Below, piece by piece: positions 1 through 11,699 of a stretch of DNA of 64,000 bases. How positions within the stretch are numbered: the stretch's first letter is position 1; the number at the start of each line of letters is the position of its first letter. Origin of the DNA: Heterodontus francisci (taxonomy: Eukaryota); NCBI RefSeq assembly GCF_036365525.1, contig NW_027142279.1, positions 372,001 to 436,000 on the forward strand, written 5' to 3'. Below the pieces are notes generated by a model, which did not search any database, was not told where the DNA came from, and was given only the letters and a program-made list of their open reading frames with translations. A program made the position numbers and the translations under genes.

Positions 1-201
1 CAGAGGCAGTACTGAGGGAGTGCTGCACTGTCGAATAGGCAGTACTGACGGAGTAACTGCATTTGTTGCAAAGCACTTTCTGATGTCCGGAGGTCCTGAA
101 CGGCGCTATATTAATGTAAGCCCTTTCTTTCTTGCAATGCAGCTCCTGCTCCAATCCATTATTGACTGAAATAATAATCTAATCGATGTTCCATTCCACA
201 G

Positions 202-495
202 GAATACTCTCCTCCTATGTGGAACAGTCACCCTCTATCCTATCGATTGCAGCAGGAGAGTCGACAACACTCAGATGCACGCTGACCAATACTGACTATT
301 CCTATATGTACTGGTACAGACAACAACCAGACAGGGCACTGGAAGCTCTGTTCTATTCTGCTGGAACAGGGTCTGTTACCAATTACACGTCCGAGTCATT
401 TAAGGCAGTCAGAGCCAGCAATACACTGTTTACTTTTGCACTGAGAGACGCCGCTCCATCTCACACCGCTGTCTATTTCTGCGCTTGTAGTGTCG
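202..495 (+). CDS. TRBV: TCR beta-like V segment V1 (family A), V exon only; leader lies left of the window
   Basis: Acceptor CCACAG ends at 201. Open frame SYVEQSP..LRC..YMYWYRQ..HTAVYFCACS has both Cys and the Trp. Followed by a 23-RSS. Paralog of V10. Confidence 0.9.
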
Positions 496-534
496 CACAG
501 TGTTTGAGAAAGCGGATCAGCAGCTGCAAAAACC
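496..534 (+). other. 23-RSS of V1
   Basis: CACAGTG (496-502), 23 nt, GCAAAAACC (526-534). Confidence 0.95.
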
Positions 535-555
535 TGTCGTGGATGAACGGGAGTT

Positions 556-907
556 CAGTGCTCACCTTCCACTGGCAGGGGGCAGCAGTGGATTGAATCT
601 CAGTGCTCATCTTCCACCGGCAGGGGGCAGCAGTAGATTGAATTCAGCGCTCACCATCCACCGGCAGGGGGCAGCAGTGGATTGAATCTCGGTGCTCATC
701 TTCCACCGGCAGGGGGCAGCAGTAGATTGAATCTCAGTGCTCATCTTCCACCAGCAGGGGGCAGCAGTGGATTGAATCTCTGTGCTCATCTTCCACCGAC
801 AGGGGGCGGCAGTACATTGAATCTCAGTGCTCATCTTCCACCGACAGGGGGCGGCAGTACATTGAATCTCAGTGCTTATCTTCGACCGGCAGGGGGCAGC
901 AGTAGAC
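556..907 (+). repeat. 45-bp tandem repeat, about 8 units, each with a CTCF-consensus motif
   Basis: Unit CCACCRGCAGGGGGCAGCAGTRGATTGAATCTCAGTGCTCATCTT; 15-aa periodicity in the overlapping ORFs. Confidence 0.85.
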
Positions 908-1289
908 TGGCTGCTCAATTTCTGCAACCAGGTCATGGAATCATCTTGGTTAACAGCAGAGAAGGAGACCATTCGGCCCATCTTCCCCGTACTGGCTTAT
1001 TTGAAAGAACTGTCCAGTTATTGCTCTTCCCCCCACCCCCCCCCCGCTACTTCCCCATAGCCCTGCACATTGTTTCCATTCACGTGTACAATCCATTGCC
1101 TTTTGAACGTTCTTGTTCAAACTGCTTCCAACACCCTTTCAGACAGTGCTCGCCACATCATAACAACTCGCTGCTTAAATAAATCATCACTTCTCCCCCC
1201 CTCTCCCCATTAATTCATCTGCCAGTTATATTTAATCAATGTCTCTGGGTTGCCTTCTGCCTATAGAAACAGTTTCTGTCATTTACATA

Positions 1290-1862
1290 TTTTAAAAAAT
1301 TCTTTGATGGGATGTGTGCATCGCTGACCGGGCCAGCATCTGCTATCCATCCCAAATTGCCCTTGAGAAGGTGGTGGTGAGCTGCCTTCTTGAACCGCTG
1401 CAGTCCATGTCGGGTAGTTACAATCACAGTCCCGTAAGGAAGGGAGTTCCAGGATTTTGACCCAGTAACAGTGAAGGAACGGCGATATAGTTCCAAGTCA
1501 GGATGGTGTGTGACTTGGAGGGGAACCTGCAGGTGGTGGTGTTCCCATGCATCTGCTGTCCTTGTCCTTCTAGGTGATAGAGGTAGCGTGTTTGGAAGGT
1601 GTTGTCGAAGGAGCCTTTGGGAGTTGCTGCAGTGCATTTTGTATATAGTCCACAGTGCTACCACAGTGTGTCGGTGGTGGAGGGAGTGAATGTTTGTAGA
1701 TGGGGTGCCAATCAAGCGGGCTGTTTTGTTCTGGATGGTGTCGAGCTTCTTGAGTGTTGTTGGAGCTGCACTCATCCCGGTAAGTGGAGATTATTCCATC
1801 ACACTTCTGACTTGTGCCTTGAAGATGGTGGAAAAGCTTTGTAGAATCAGGAGATGAGGTAC
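1290..1862 (-). mobile_element. Non-LTR retrotransposon 3' fragment (CR1/L2-like ORF2 C-terminus)
   Basis: Minus ORF LKKLDTIQNKTARLI..LHHRHTV; same family recurs at 37630-38030. Confidence 0.7.
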
Positions 1863-1962
1863 TCAAGACTCAACGTGCTATCTGAGTGGGTAAAACTCTC
1901 CTCTCTGAGTTAGAAGGTGCCACTCCACAGACTGGAGCCAATAAAAAGGCTGACACTTCAGT

Positions 1963-2170
1963 GCCTGGAACGCGTTGCCAGCGGAGGTGGCAGATGCGAA
2001 CACGATATCGTCTTTTAAGATGTGTCTAGACAGATACATGAATGGGCAGGAAGCAAAGAGATACAGACCCTTAGAAAATAGGCAACATGTTTAGGTAGAG
2101 GATCTGGATCGGCGCAGGCTTGGAGGGCCGAAGGGCCTGTTCCTGTGCTGTAATTTTCTTTTTTCTTTGT
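1963..2170 (+). mobile_element. CR1-like LINE 3' tail fragment
   Basis: Ends in GGGCCGAAGGGCCTGTTCCTGTGCTGTA, the tail shared by the other LINE and SINE copies in the window. Confidence 0.65.
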
Positions 2171-3347
2171 TCTTTCTTTGCCAACAAACTGCAGGTAAGT
2201 CAAAACAAATCCACCGACCAAAAATTTCGGACTGAAATGCATGTTTCATACTATTTTTTCTGATTAAGCAGAATTAACGCACACAATTTTGAATGCAACA
2301 CAAACGAAATAAATTGATGCTAAACCCTTTAGTAAAAGCCTGGTTTGGCCTCAACTGGTGTAGCGTGTCCACTTCTTTACATGACATTGTCGGGAGGATG
2401 GAGAGGGTGCAAAGGAGATTTAGAAGGAGGTGACAGGGCATGAGGGGTTTCAGCTATGTGGAGATGTGGGAGAAGCTGTTCATTGGAAAAGACAAGGTTA
2501 CCAAAAGTCCCAGAGCCCAATCCAGAAGGTTAGGGGTGCGATGATGGACCACACCACTGCTCATTCAATCCAAAAAACATTGAAATGTTTCCCATTTCAT
2601 CCATGATCTTCCCACTTCATGTAAAATGCATCTATGGAATAGTTAAGTTGTCACCCCCACTCTTGGTCTAACCTTTAACACTTCCATTGTTACCGAGTCC
2701 TGATGGATATTTAAGAAAGATAGTGAACATTTACTCTTGTAACATCTCAGCTTTTCTGAAATGACCCTCCCAGCAATGCACACATCCCATCACTGAATAC
2801 ATTCAGATACAATTGGAAGTGAACACGCTTGATAATGATGGTGGAGTGAGCATCTTTTCATGGTTATGAGGCTGCTGAGGGTGAGGCTGACACAGATAAT
2901 GGCTGTCGGGAGGAGGGTGGTAATGTGTCCTCAGATGGTAATGATGAGTGTGAGGATGGTGTCAGGATGAATGTGGTTATGATCAGGGGAGTACTGAAGG
3001 TATTGATGATACCAACACACCCGCCCATTTAATCACCTCTCCACCACAGAAGATAGTTTACATCACATTTACTCCCTTCCTTTCTGCAACTTTCAAAGAC
3101 ATGAAACAGAACTGCAGGCCCAGAAACCGATGAGCTGGGGCTCAAACATTGGTCCCTCCCCAGAAATGACGAGTCCTCGGGGAGCCCATGAACAAAGAAA
3201 GAAAGCTTGGCTCCGCCTAGGAAAATGTTGAAGATGATGGAGACGGAAGCTGTAAATTCCAGTCAGTTCCCAGAACTTTGAGATACTCTACAATAAAAGT
3301 GCTCAGTCATTTCATTTAAAACCACACGGATCCTTCACCCTCCAGAG

Positions 3348-3869
3348 ATGGCTGTGTCTCAGCTCTGGGTTGTGTTGTTGGTGTTAACGGGTAAGGAGGT
3401 GTCTGAACTGTGAGGTTACAATGATGTAGATGTGTCTCGGATTCTCAGTCTCTGTCTGTCTTTGTCTCTCTCCTTCTCCCTCTGTATTTCTTTCTCTGTT
3501 GATAACGATATAGACATTGTCCCTGGGTTAATCTCTCTCTTTCTCTCTCTCTCTCCCTCTCTGTTTTGCAGATGTGGGGGCCGTGTTGATCCAACAGACT
3601 CCCGCTTCCATATCCCATTCCCCAGGCTCTCCAGTCAGGATCGAGTGTATTTACACTGAAGCAACAGCTAGCTCTGTTTTCAACTGGTACCGATGGCATC
3701 TGGACCGTGAGCCCGAGAACCTTTTCTATTCCTACCCCGCCAGAACGGTCACCCCCTGCGGAGAGGTGGACGGTCTCACCGCCAGGAGACCCAACAACAC
3801 CCATTTTTACCTTGAGTCTCCAGCCTGTGGGTGAATCAATCAGCCGTGTATTACTGTGCCTGGAGACTG
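3348..3869 (+). pseudogene. TRBV: TRBV pseudogene V2 (family B): leader 3348-3390, V exon 3572-3869, 1-bp deletion in FR3
   Basis: Leader MAVSQLWVVLLVLT|GTAAGG. Exon reads LIQQTP..IEC..FNWYR. Frameshift near 3820 (GAGTCTCCAGC versus GAGTCCTCCAGC in paralogs), after which NQSAVYYCAWRL resumes in another frame. RSS CACAGTG 3870-3876, 23 nt, GTAAAAACT 3900-3908. Confidence 0.88.
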
Positions 3870-5974
3870 CACAGTGACTCAGAAAGGCGCCGGAGTTCAG
3901 TAAAAACTCTAAACATTGACAGAGCTCACTTGTGGGAGAGAGGCCTGTCTATCTGGGCTGTCATTCTATCACTCTGACTATCTGTCAGTTTCTATGTCTA
4001 CTGTTGAATGAACTGGCTCTTTGACAGAGTTGTCTAACTAGTTCCCATTCACTGACCAGTTCTCCATTACATTAATAAATCTCCCCTTCATCTACTTCTC
4101 CAATTGACATGTGAAAGTTACTATTGGATCGTCTTCCACCGCCATTTCAGTCAGTGTCCTCCACATGATAACAATTCACTGAGGAGAAAGATTCCACTCA
4201 TCTCCCACTCTGGTTCCTTTCCCAATTACCTTCAATTCTTGGTCCCTGGTTTATCGACCCTCCTGACAGACGATACCACCCTCTTGATACAGTTTCTCTA
4301 TCAAGACACTTCTCACCACGTCTTTCAAATCTCCCCTTACCCTCATTACTCTAATGGACACAAGTCCATACAAATAGGAAATGGTTGATCTTGGAACCTT
4401 TAATCATGTCTCTGATGATTCATACAGTGCAAAGGCGAGAAACCTCTCCAGATCCGTCTCTGACTGGAACACCTGAATACAGACGGCAGCTTCAGCATCT
4501 GTTCAAAACTGTTAACCCACTTGTCTCTCAGTCTTTCGGTATCTTTTGAAGAATTTTCACAATGACTGGAGTTCAGTGCGGTGAAGAACTTAACCCTATA
4601 ACTCCCGTTTAGCAGAACGCGGGGGTGGGGGGGTGGGGGGTGGGGGTGGGTGGGGGGGGGGCGTTGTGGGGAATGAAACTGTCTTGGCTCTGAAACAAGA
4701 CAGCAGGTTGACGGGTCTTATTGGATCATAGAATCATGCAGGATAAATCCAGGCCATTCAGCCCATCGATCCTGGCCTGGCTGTTCGAAAGAGCGACCTC
4801 CTCCCATCTCTCTTCATCTTCCCCTGTCAACAGATTCTTCACTTACTTTCTCACTCATGTATTTATTCAGCTCCCCTTTAACTGCATCGTCTCTATTCGA
4901 CCTCAACCCATTCCATTTGGTCTCTAATTCCACATTCTCACCGCTCCCTGGGTTAAAGAACCTCCTTCTGAATTCCCAATTGGATTTATTAAGGACTACC
5001 TTACATTTATGATCCCTGGTTTTCATCTTCCCTGTCCAATTACTCCCACTCCCTGTTCTTTCTGAATAACCCTGCACTTGATCTTGCAGCTTGTCTGCCT
5101 CCTTCCCGACATTACAACAGTGACTGCACTTCAAAATGTATTTGACTGGTTGAGGCTTGAGTAAAGCAGAGAGCTGTCGGCCCGAATGGCACGGATCTGT
5201 GCATTTACTTCCATCTATGTTCTTTGCCACAAGCGCCAACACGAGTCGAGTTGGGGAATGGAACCAATGACTGAAATAATTTCAGGGTCTGACACTGAAA
5301 GGCCTGCAGAATCAGTGCTTGCAGTTGCAGCTGGAGCCACTAGGTGCCAGTGTTACTCCACTGTCGCCGCTGCCGAGAACATGCCCAGACAGAGTGAGCT
5401 TTACCCACAGCAGCTCCACAGGTCAACTTGGCTGCTTCTGAAATGTTTCGCTTCTCAACTATTTCACACAAAATATTCTGGCAATGGAAAAAAACTCAAT
5501 GATTTGATATAAGGTAGATGAGCTTTTAATCTGATCGTTTTAGGGGCATTAAGTGATATTAATATCATTCCAACCTTGGAATATTTGCACCCAAAAGCCA
5601 ATTTGTAGATTTCCAGGTTCTATCTTACAATTGCATTGTCCCAGGTGTTTGTAGGAAACTAGGAGAGAGCCTGAATTTCCATCTATCGTGCCAAGTGTAA
5701 AGTAACATTTTCCCCCCATGCTCCCTGTTTCCAGGTGGAGTAACGGGAGAACTGGTGCTCACTTCATGTGATCAAGTGAGAGACAGTTTTCAGAACAGAA
5801 GGCTTCACACTGACATGTTGTGATATCCTCACCCCGCCGGTGGAGGGGCTGTATTAATCAGGTCTGTTCATTGAGGAGGTGAAATTCAGTATGTTGAGGT
5901 TTTAAGAGCAGGTTTGCTTTTGCAGAACATTGCAAAATAATAAATTAACCTGTAAGCTGGAGAGAGTTCACCTT

Positions 5975-6150
5975 CTTAGGCAGTTCCCCAGGGTTGAGGA
6001 TCACTTGCTTCCACTCCGCTTCAATGGGTTCTGAGATGACTGATGAGTCCAGTGCATGATTTGCAGATTCTGACACATGAGGGGCAGGTGGTGCTTGTAG
6101 GATCAGGTAGGTGAGTACTTTGCAGGTTTGTGCGCTCCCTCTGATGCCTC
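5975..6150 (-). mobile_element. RTE-like LINE 3' fragment
   Basis: Minus ORF ends TCPSCVRICKSCTGLISHLRTH*, a C2H2-type C-terminus typical of RTE-clade ORFs. Confidence 0.5.
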
Positions 6151-8009
6151 CGATACAGAGACGGTTTACAGTGGTAACGTGAGATTCGATCTACAGGTAG
6201 TGGAGAAGGGGCAAAGAAAGATTCATAAGTATGGTACCAGATCTGAAATTGTAACGGTGAGGAAAGAAAAGGAATGGAACTAGTCGGGTTTTCATGAACA
6301 GACACAGTGTTTTCTTGCTCCACAGTAGCAAGCAGAGGGTATTCTAGGACCATGTAATCCAAAATGGACTGAAAAATGATTTACTGGGAAAACAGAAACA
6401 GGAGGATGTGATCGAGCCCTGGAGCTTCAGGGACATGAACATGAGAAGGACATTCAACTCCTTAGAGAGTGNNNNNNNNNNNNNNNNNNNNNNNNNNNNN
6501 NNNNNNNNNNNNNNNNNNNNNNNNNNNNNNNNNNNNNNNNNNNNNNNNNNNNNNNNNNNNNNNNNNNNNNNNNNNNNNNNNNNNNNNNNNNNNNNNNNNN
6601 NNNNNNNNNNNNNNNNNNNNNNNNNNNNNNNNNNNNNNNNNNNNNNNNNNNNNNNNNNNNNNNNNNNNNNNNNNNNNNNNNNNNNNNNNNNNNNNNNNNN
6701 NNNNNNNNNNNNNNNNNNNNNNNNNNNNNNNNNNNNNNNNNNNNNNNNNNNNNNNNNNNNNNNNNNNNNNNNNNNNNNNNNNNNNNNNNNNNNNNNNNNN
6801 NNNNNNNNNNNNNNNNNNNNNNNNNNNNNNNNNNNNNNNNNNNNNGGAGTGAACGAGATTGGGTGATTAAAACGACAGTGAGAAACAGAGGGAGGCAGAG
6901 GGAGAGAGAGATGATGAAAGCAAGAAGGAGAAAGGGAGAGGGACACCAAGCGAGCGAGAGCGACGACATAGAGAGAAAGAGACTGAGATAGATTAGGCGA
7001 GAGTGCGAGAGAGTGAAAGAGAGAGAGAGAGAGTACGAGACAGGGAGAAAGAAAGCCAGAGAGAGAAAAGCAATGAGGGACAGAGAACTGAACACACACA
7101 GAGTTAGAGCGACCCACTCTCACACACGTAGACAGCTCTATATCCGTGACCATTCACCTTCCAGCTCATTGAGTCTTCTCTCTGCTGTGGAATGGGTTAG
7201 CTGCAGTCTGAACACAGTGGGTCAAGTTCCCCAGCCACATGCGAGTCTGTGATCCTCTCTGATGGTTATGGGCCCAGTAATGAGCACAGACCAGGCTGCA
7301 GAATAGATCAGCAGCCCAGTGTGACCCAGATATTGTTCCACCTACATCCCTCGGGCCAGTGTTGCAGAAAACGTTTGCCAGGAGTCCCACCTGACTATTT
7401 GAGAATCAACATCTGGCTGTTTTTCTGAATTCGTTCATGGGATGTGGGCCTCGCTGGCCAGGCCAGCATTTATTGCCCATCCCTAATTGCCCTTGAACTG
7501 AGTGGCTTGCTAGGCCATTGCAGAGGGAATTAAAAGCCAGCCACATTGTGTGGATCTGGAGTCACATGCAGGCCAGACCAGGTGATGGCGGCAGATTTCC
7601 TTCCATAACTGACATCAGTGAACTGGATGGATTGTTGCAATAATGGTCACCATTAGACGAGATTCTTTTGCAAATGTAGATTTATAAATGACATTAAAAT
7701 TTCATGATCTGTATCGGTGGTATTCACCCCCACGTCCTTAAAACACTAGTTGGGGCTGTGGTTTAGGAGTTAAATTACCAACACACTAATACATACCCTA
7801 CAGGAGCAGATCATTTGGAATGCAGGTGTCTGTAATTGGAAATCTACATGTGGCTAATGTGGGAATGCCGATGAGGTTCATTGGGAATCTGGATATGTAC
7901 AATTGGAGATTTCTAATCAGCAAATTAGAAACTGAACATCAGACACCCTTGTTGGGGATTTTAACAACACTTACTCCAGTCACTCAACCAAAATAAGCAA
8001 CCACGTCCA

Positions 8010-8095
8010 ATCTGATTGGTTGGGTGGTATAAGGGGGCGTGTCCAATACTGCATCACTTCCTCATGCCCTTCATGTTTTCCTCAATGATTTGTGA
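8010..8095 (+). promoter_or_regulatory. Conserved V promoter block (CCAAT box, GC box, CTGCATCACTTCCT)
   Basis: CTGATTGG, GGGGGCGTG and CTGCATCACTTCCT (8049-8062), about 125 nt upstream of the ATG. The 14-mer recurs at 10454, 18842, 40234, 46254, 48809 and 57089. Confidence 0.65.
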
Positions 8096-8175
8096 AGAGC
8101 GGATTGGTTAGTCACAGAATTGATCCCCTCTGTTCCACTGCCTTTGCTGTTTGACAGGGCAGTGTCAAGTGGGAG

Positions 8176-8627
8176 ATGTATCTGTTCCTGGCTCTGATAA
8201 TCCTGGTTCAAGGTGAGTGCCAAATACAAAGATTATCATTCAGAACCTTCCTCTCCTCTCCCTGTCTTCCTTTCATTCCCAGATATTCCCTGTTGACTGA
8301 TCTCCTCCTCTCTCCATCTCTCTCCCAGATGTGAACTCACAGACAATCCACCAGATTCCTGCCGCTGTCTCCAGATTTCCCGGGAAAGGAGTGGAACTGA
8401 GGTGCACTATGGAGGGGAGCAGCAGTAGCATCTACATGTACTTGAACAGACAATACCCGGGGAAGGAGCCGCTGTTGATGTTTTCCTCCAGCACTGCTAA
8501 CTATGTGGATCCAGAGGGGACGGTGGACGGTTTCACCGCCGAGAGACCGACTAGCTCCCAGTTCAACCTGGAGTCCTCCAGCCTGTGGGTGAATCACTCG
8601 TCCGTGTATTTCTGTGCCTGGAGTCTT
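8176..8627 (+). CDS. TRBV: TRBV30-like segment V3: leader 8176-8212, V exon 8329-8627; open frame but conserved Trp lost
   Basis: MYLFLALIILVQ|GTGAGT. Exon SQTIHQ..RC..YMYLNRQ (WY replaced by LN)..YFCAWSL. RSS CACAGTG 8628-8634, 23 nt, ACAAAAACC 8658-8666. Confidence 0.88.
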
Positions 8628-10345
8628 CACAGTGACTCAGAGAGATGGAGCTGTTCAACAAAAACCCCAAAGGCAGCAGGAAACACCTGTTTCAGATAAA
8701 ACCAGGCGGTTCTGCGTCTTGTTGGGTGTTTTTATCATTGGGAACATGTTTCTCACAAGAAGACAGGGCGGATTTAAATAGAAAGTGACAGGTTAGATAT
8801 AGAAGCTCAGGAGAATTGTGAAATAGACTTTACAGGAATGATATCAGAGGAGAGAGGTTAAAGTTATCAAGAGAATTTGAACTTCGGGAATCTTTGCTCC
8901 AGAAAGGAGAAGACTGAAGGGTGACCTTTCAGCGGTCTTAGAGAGATTATTAAAGATTTTAAAATGTGAAGTGNNNNNNNNNNNNNNNNNNNNNNNNNNN
9001 NNNNNNNNNNNNNNNNNNNNNNNNNNNNNNNNNNNNNNNNNNNNNNNNNNNNNNNNNNNNNNNNNNNNNNNNNNNNNNNNNNNNNNNNNNNNNNNNNNNN
9101 NNNNNNNNNNNNNNGAGAAAAAGATAGATAGATAGAGAGATGGAAAGGTAGATAGATAGTTGGATGGATGGATGGATGGATGGATGGATGGATGGATAGG
9201 TAGATAGATAGATAGGGACGTAGATAGATAGGGTTTTCACTGCATTTTCTTTCTCCAAAGGGACAGCAGAGTGCGCTGTAGGACCATGATAAACATTCGA
9301 GTCTGGAACACACTTTAACAGTGACCTGGGAACACAAAGAGTTCATTCATCACCTCGAAAACAGACCGCCCTTCAATGAGATCATGACTGATCAATGGAT
9401 TCCCATCGCTCCCTCTCTCTCTCTACCTCTCGCTCCATCTGTCTACATCCCTATCTCTCCCCCTCTCCCCATCTTACTCTCTCCCCCTGTCTTCATCCCT
9501 CTCTCTCCACCTCTCTCTATTCCTCCCTGTCCCTTTCTCTCCATCCCTCTCTCACCCACTAGCTGCCAAGCTGGTGTAAAACGAGAGAATGCCAATTAAC
9601 ATTCCTATCTTTTACAGGGGCATGGACTGTCTCTCTATCTAGCTCGCTATTTCTCTACCTCTCTGACTTTCCCTCTATCTCTCTATTTCTCTACCTCTGT
9701 ATCTATCTGTCTACCTGACTGTCTCTCTATCTATCTATCTCTCTCCCTGGTTATCTATCTCTCTATCTATCTAACTCTATCTTTAGGCGATTACACTTTG
9801 TATGAACTAATTAAACATACTGTAATAATGTAATGAATGACCATCTTTTGAAGGATTTTCTATATATTGACCAGTCGATGATGTGGTTTGTCATCAATTA
9901 TCTATCAAAATCCTCTATGATCTTCAATATCTGTATCACATGTACCATTAACCTTCTGTGCTCTAAGGAGAGAAATCCTCAGCTTCTCCAGTCTCTCCAC
10001 CGTAACTGAAGTCCCTCATCCCTGGTACCAGTCAGGTTAATCTCCCTCGAACCATCACTACACAGAGGAAAACAACCCCCAATGCACAGGAACTCAATAC
10101 ATTCGGTGATGAAACACAGAGACCGAAAGGGTGAATCAGGGAGACATAGAGAGGAAAATTGAATGGGACAGAGGGAGACAGAGACAGAGAGATGCACACA
10201 AACACACACACACACAGACACACACGCAGACACAGATACAGAGAGAGAAAGAGAGTGAAAGAATGGGAGACATAAAGCTCAAAACATGCAAAGAGAGAGA
10301 GAAAGTGAGAAACAAAGAGTAAGAAAGAGAGAGGAAGGCGGATTG

Positions 10346-10404
<59 letters not shown>

Positions 10405-10580
10405 CATTGTCAACCTACTCCACTCTAACTTGTTGAGCTGGGCGTCACCATCTCTGCATCACTTCCTAATGATTTCCCTGTTCCTCCCAATGATTTGTAA
10501 AGAGTGGGTTGGTTATTGACAACACTCATCACTCCTGCTCTCTCCCCTTTTCTGATTCAGAGGGCAGCTTAAAGTAAAAG

Positions 10581-11067
10581 GTGTATCTGTTACTGGCTCT
10601 GATAACCCTGTTTCACCGGAAGGGATTTCATTGAAAAAATAATTCTACTTAACATTTCTTTTGGATATGTTTTTATTTCTCCCATTCTCTCTTTCCTTCT
10701 CTCTTTCTCTCTCCCCACTGGACTGAAGTTCCCTGTTTACTGATCTCCTCCTCTCCCTGTCTCTTTCCCAGATGTGAACTCACAGACTATCCGCCAAACT
10801 CCCGCCGCTCTCTCCAAAGCTCCTGGGGAGCAGGTGAAGATGAAATGCACCGTGCATGGTACCAGTAACCCTTACATATACTGGTACAGACTACACCCGG
10901 GGAAGGAGCTGCAGCTGATGTTTTATTCCCTAACTGCACAAAGGGTGAACTCAGAAGGGACGGCAGAGGGTTTCACCACTGAAAGACCAACTGACTCCGA
11001 GTTCAACCTGGAGTCCTCCAGCCTGCGGGAGAATCACTCGGCCGTGTATTTCTGTGCCTGGAGACAT
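10581..11067 (+). pseudogene. TRBV: TRBV30-like pseudogene V4: open V exon 10772-11067, defective leader and RSS
   Basis: Start codon is GTG (10581). Donor is GGAAGG instead of GTAAGG (10618). RSS CACAGTG 11068-11074 has only a 21-nt spacer before ACAAAAACC 11096-11104. Confidence 0.88.
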
Positions 11068-11699
11068 CACAGTGACTGAGAGATGGCGCTGTTCAACAAA
11101 AACCCCAAAGGCAGCAGAAAACACCTGTGGAGGGAAAAACCGTTCGGTGCCTCGACCTACTGTTCGCTTATGCAGAGTGAAAGTGTTTGTTACAATAATA
11201 AGAGTTGAGTTATGATTGTAGTGACACACTAGATTTACAGGTACTGCCGAGGGTGCAATGAACGATTAATAAAGATGTCACGAGATCTCAGAATGTAACT
11301 ATCAGGAATCAATGACAATAATCTGGGTTTTTATGCACTGACCCTGTGTTTACCTTCTCCACAGGGACAGCAGAGGGGGATCCTGGACCATGGACCGCGT
11401 AATGGCTTTGAGAAGGATTTAGTGAGAAAACTGAAAGAGCAGGAGATCATGTAGATCCAGCTTGATATACATCAACAGGACAAGGACACCCACTTCGTTG
11501 GAGAGAGAAAGAGAGTGTATGTGTGTGTGAAAGAGAGAGTGATCTAGTGAGAGAGAGAGGAGAGTGAGACGAAAAACGACAGGCAGAGTTAAAGAGACTG
11601 AGACAGAGAGGGAGACAGAGATAGAGACAATGAGGGAAAATTACTGGGATACATCTGGAGAATGAAGGATTATTTTTGGGATTGATCTGGGAGATTGAA

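Noticed and set aside
556-907. 45-bp arrays as a CRISPR array or as coding ORFs (682-1182, 23025-23690)
   Set aside because: There are no unique spacers and the context is eukaryotic. The ORFs arise because the unit length is a multiple of three.
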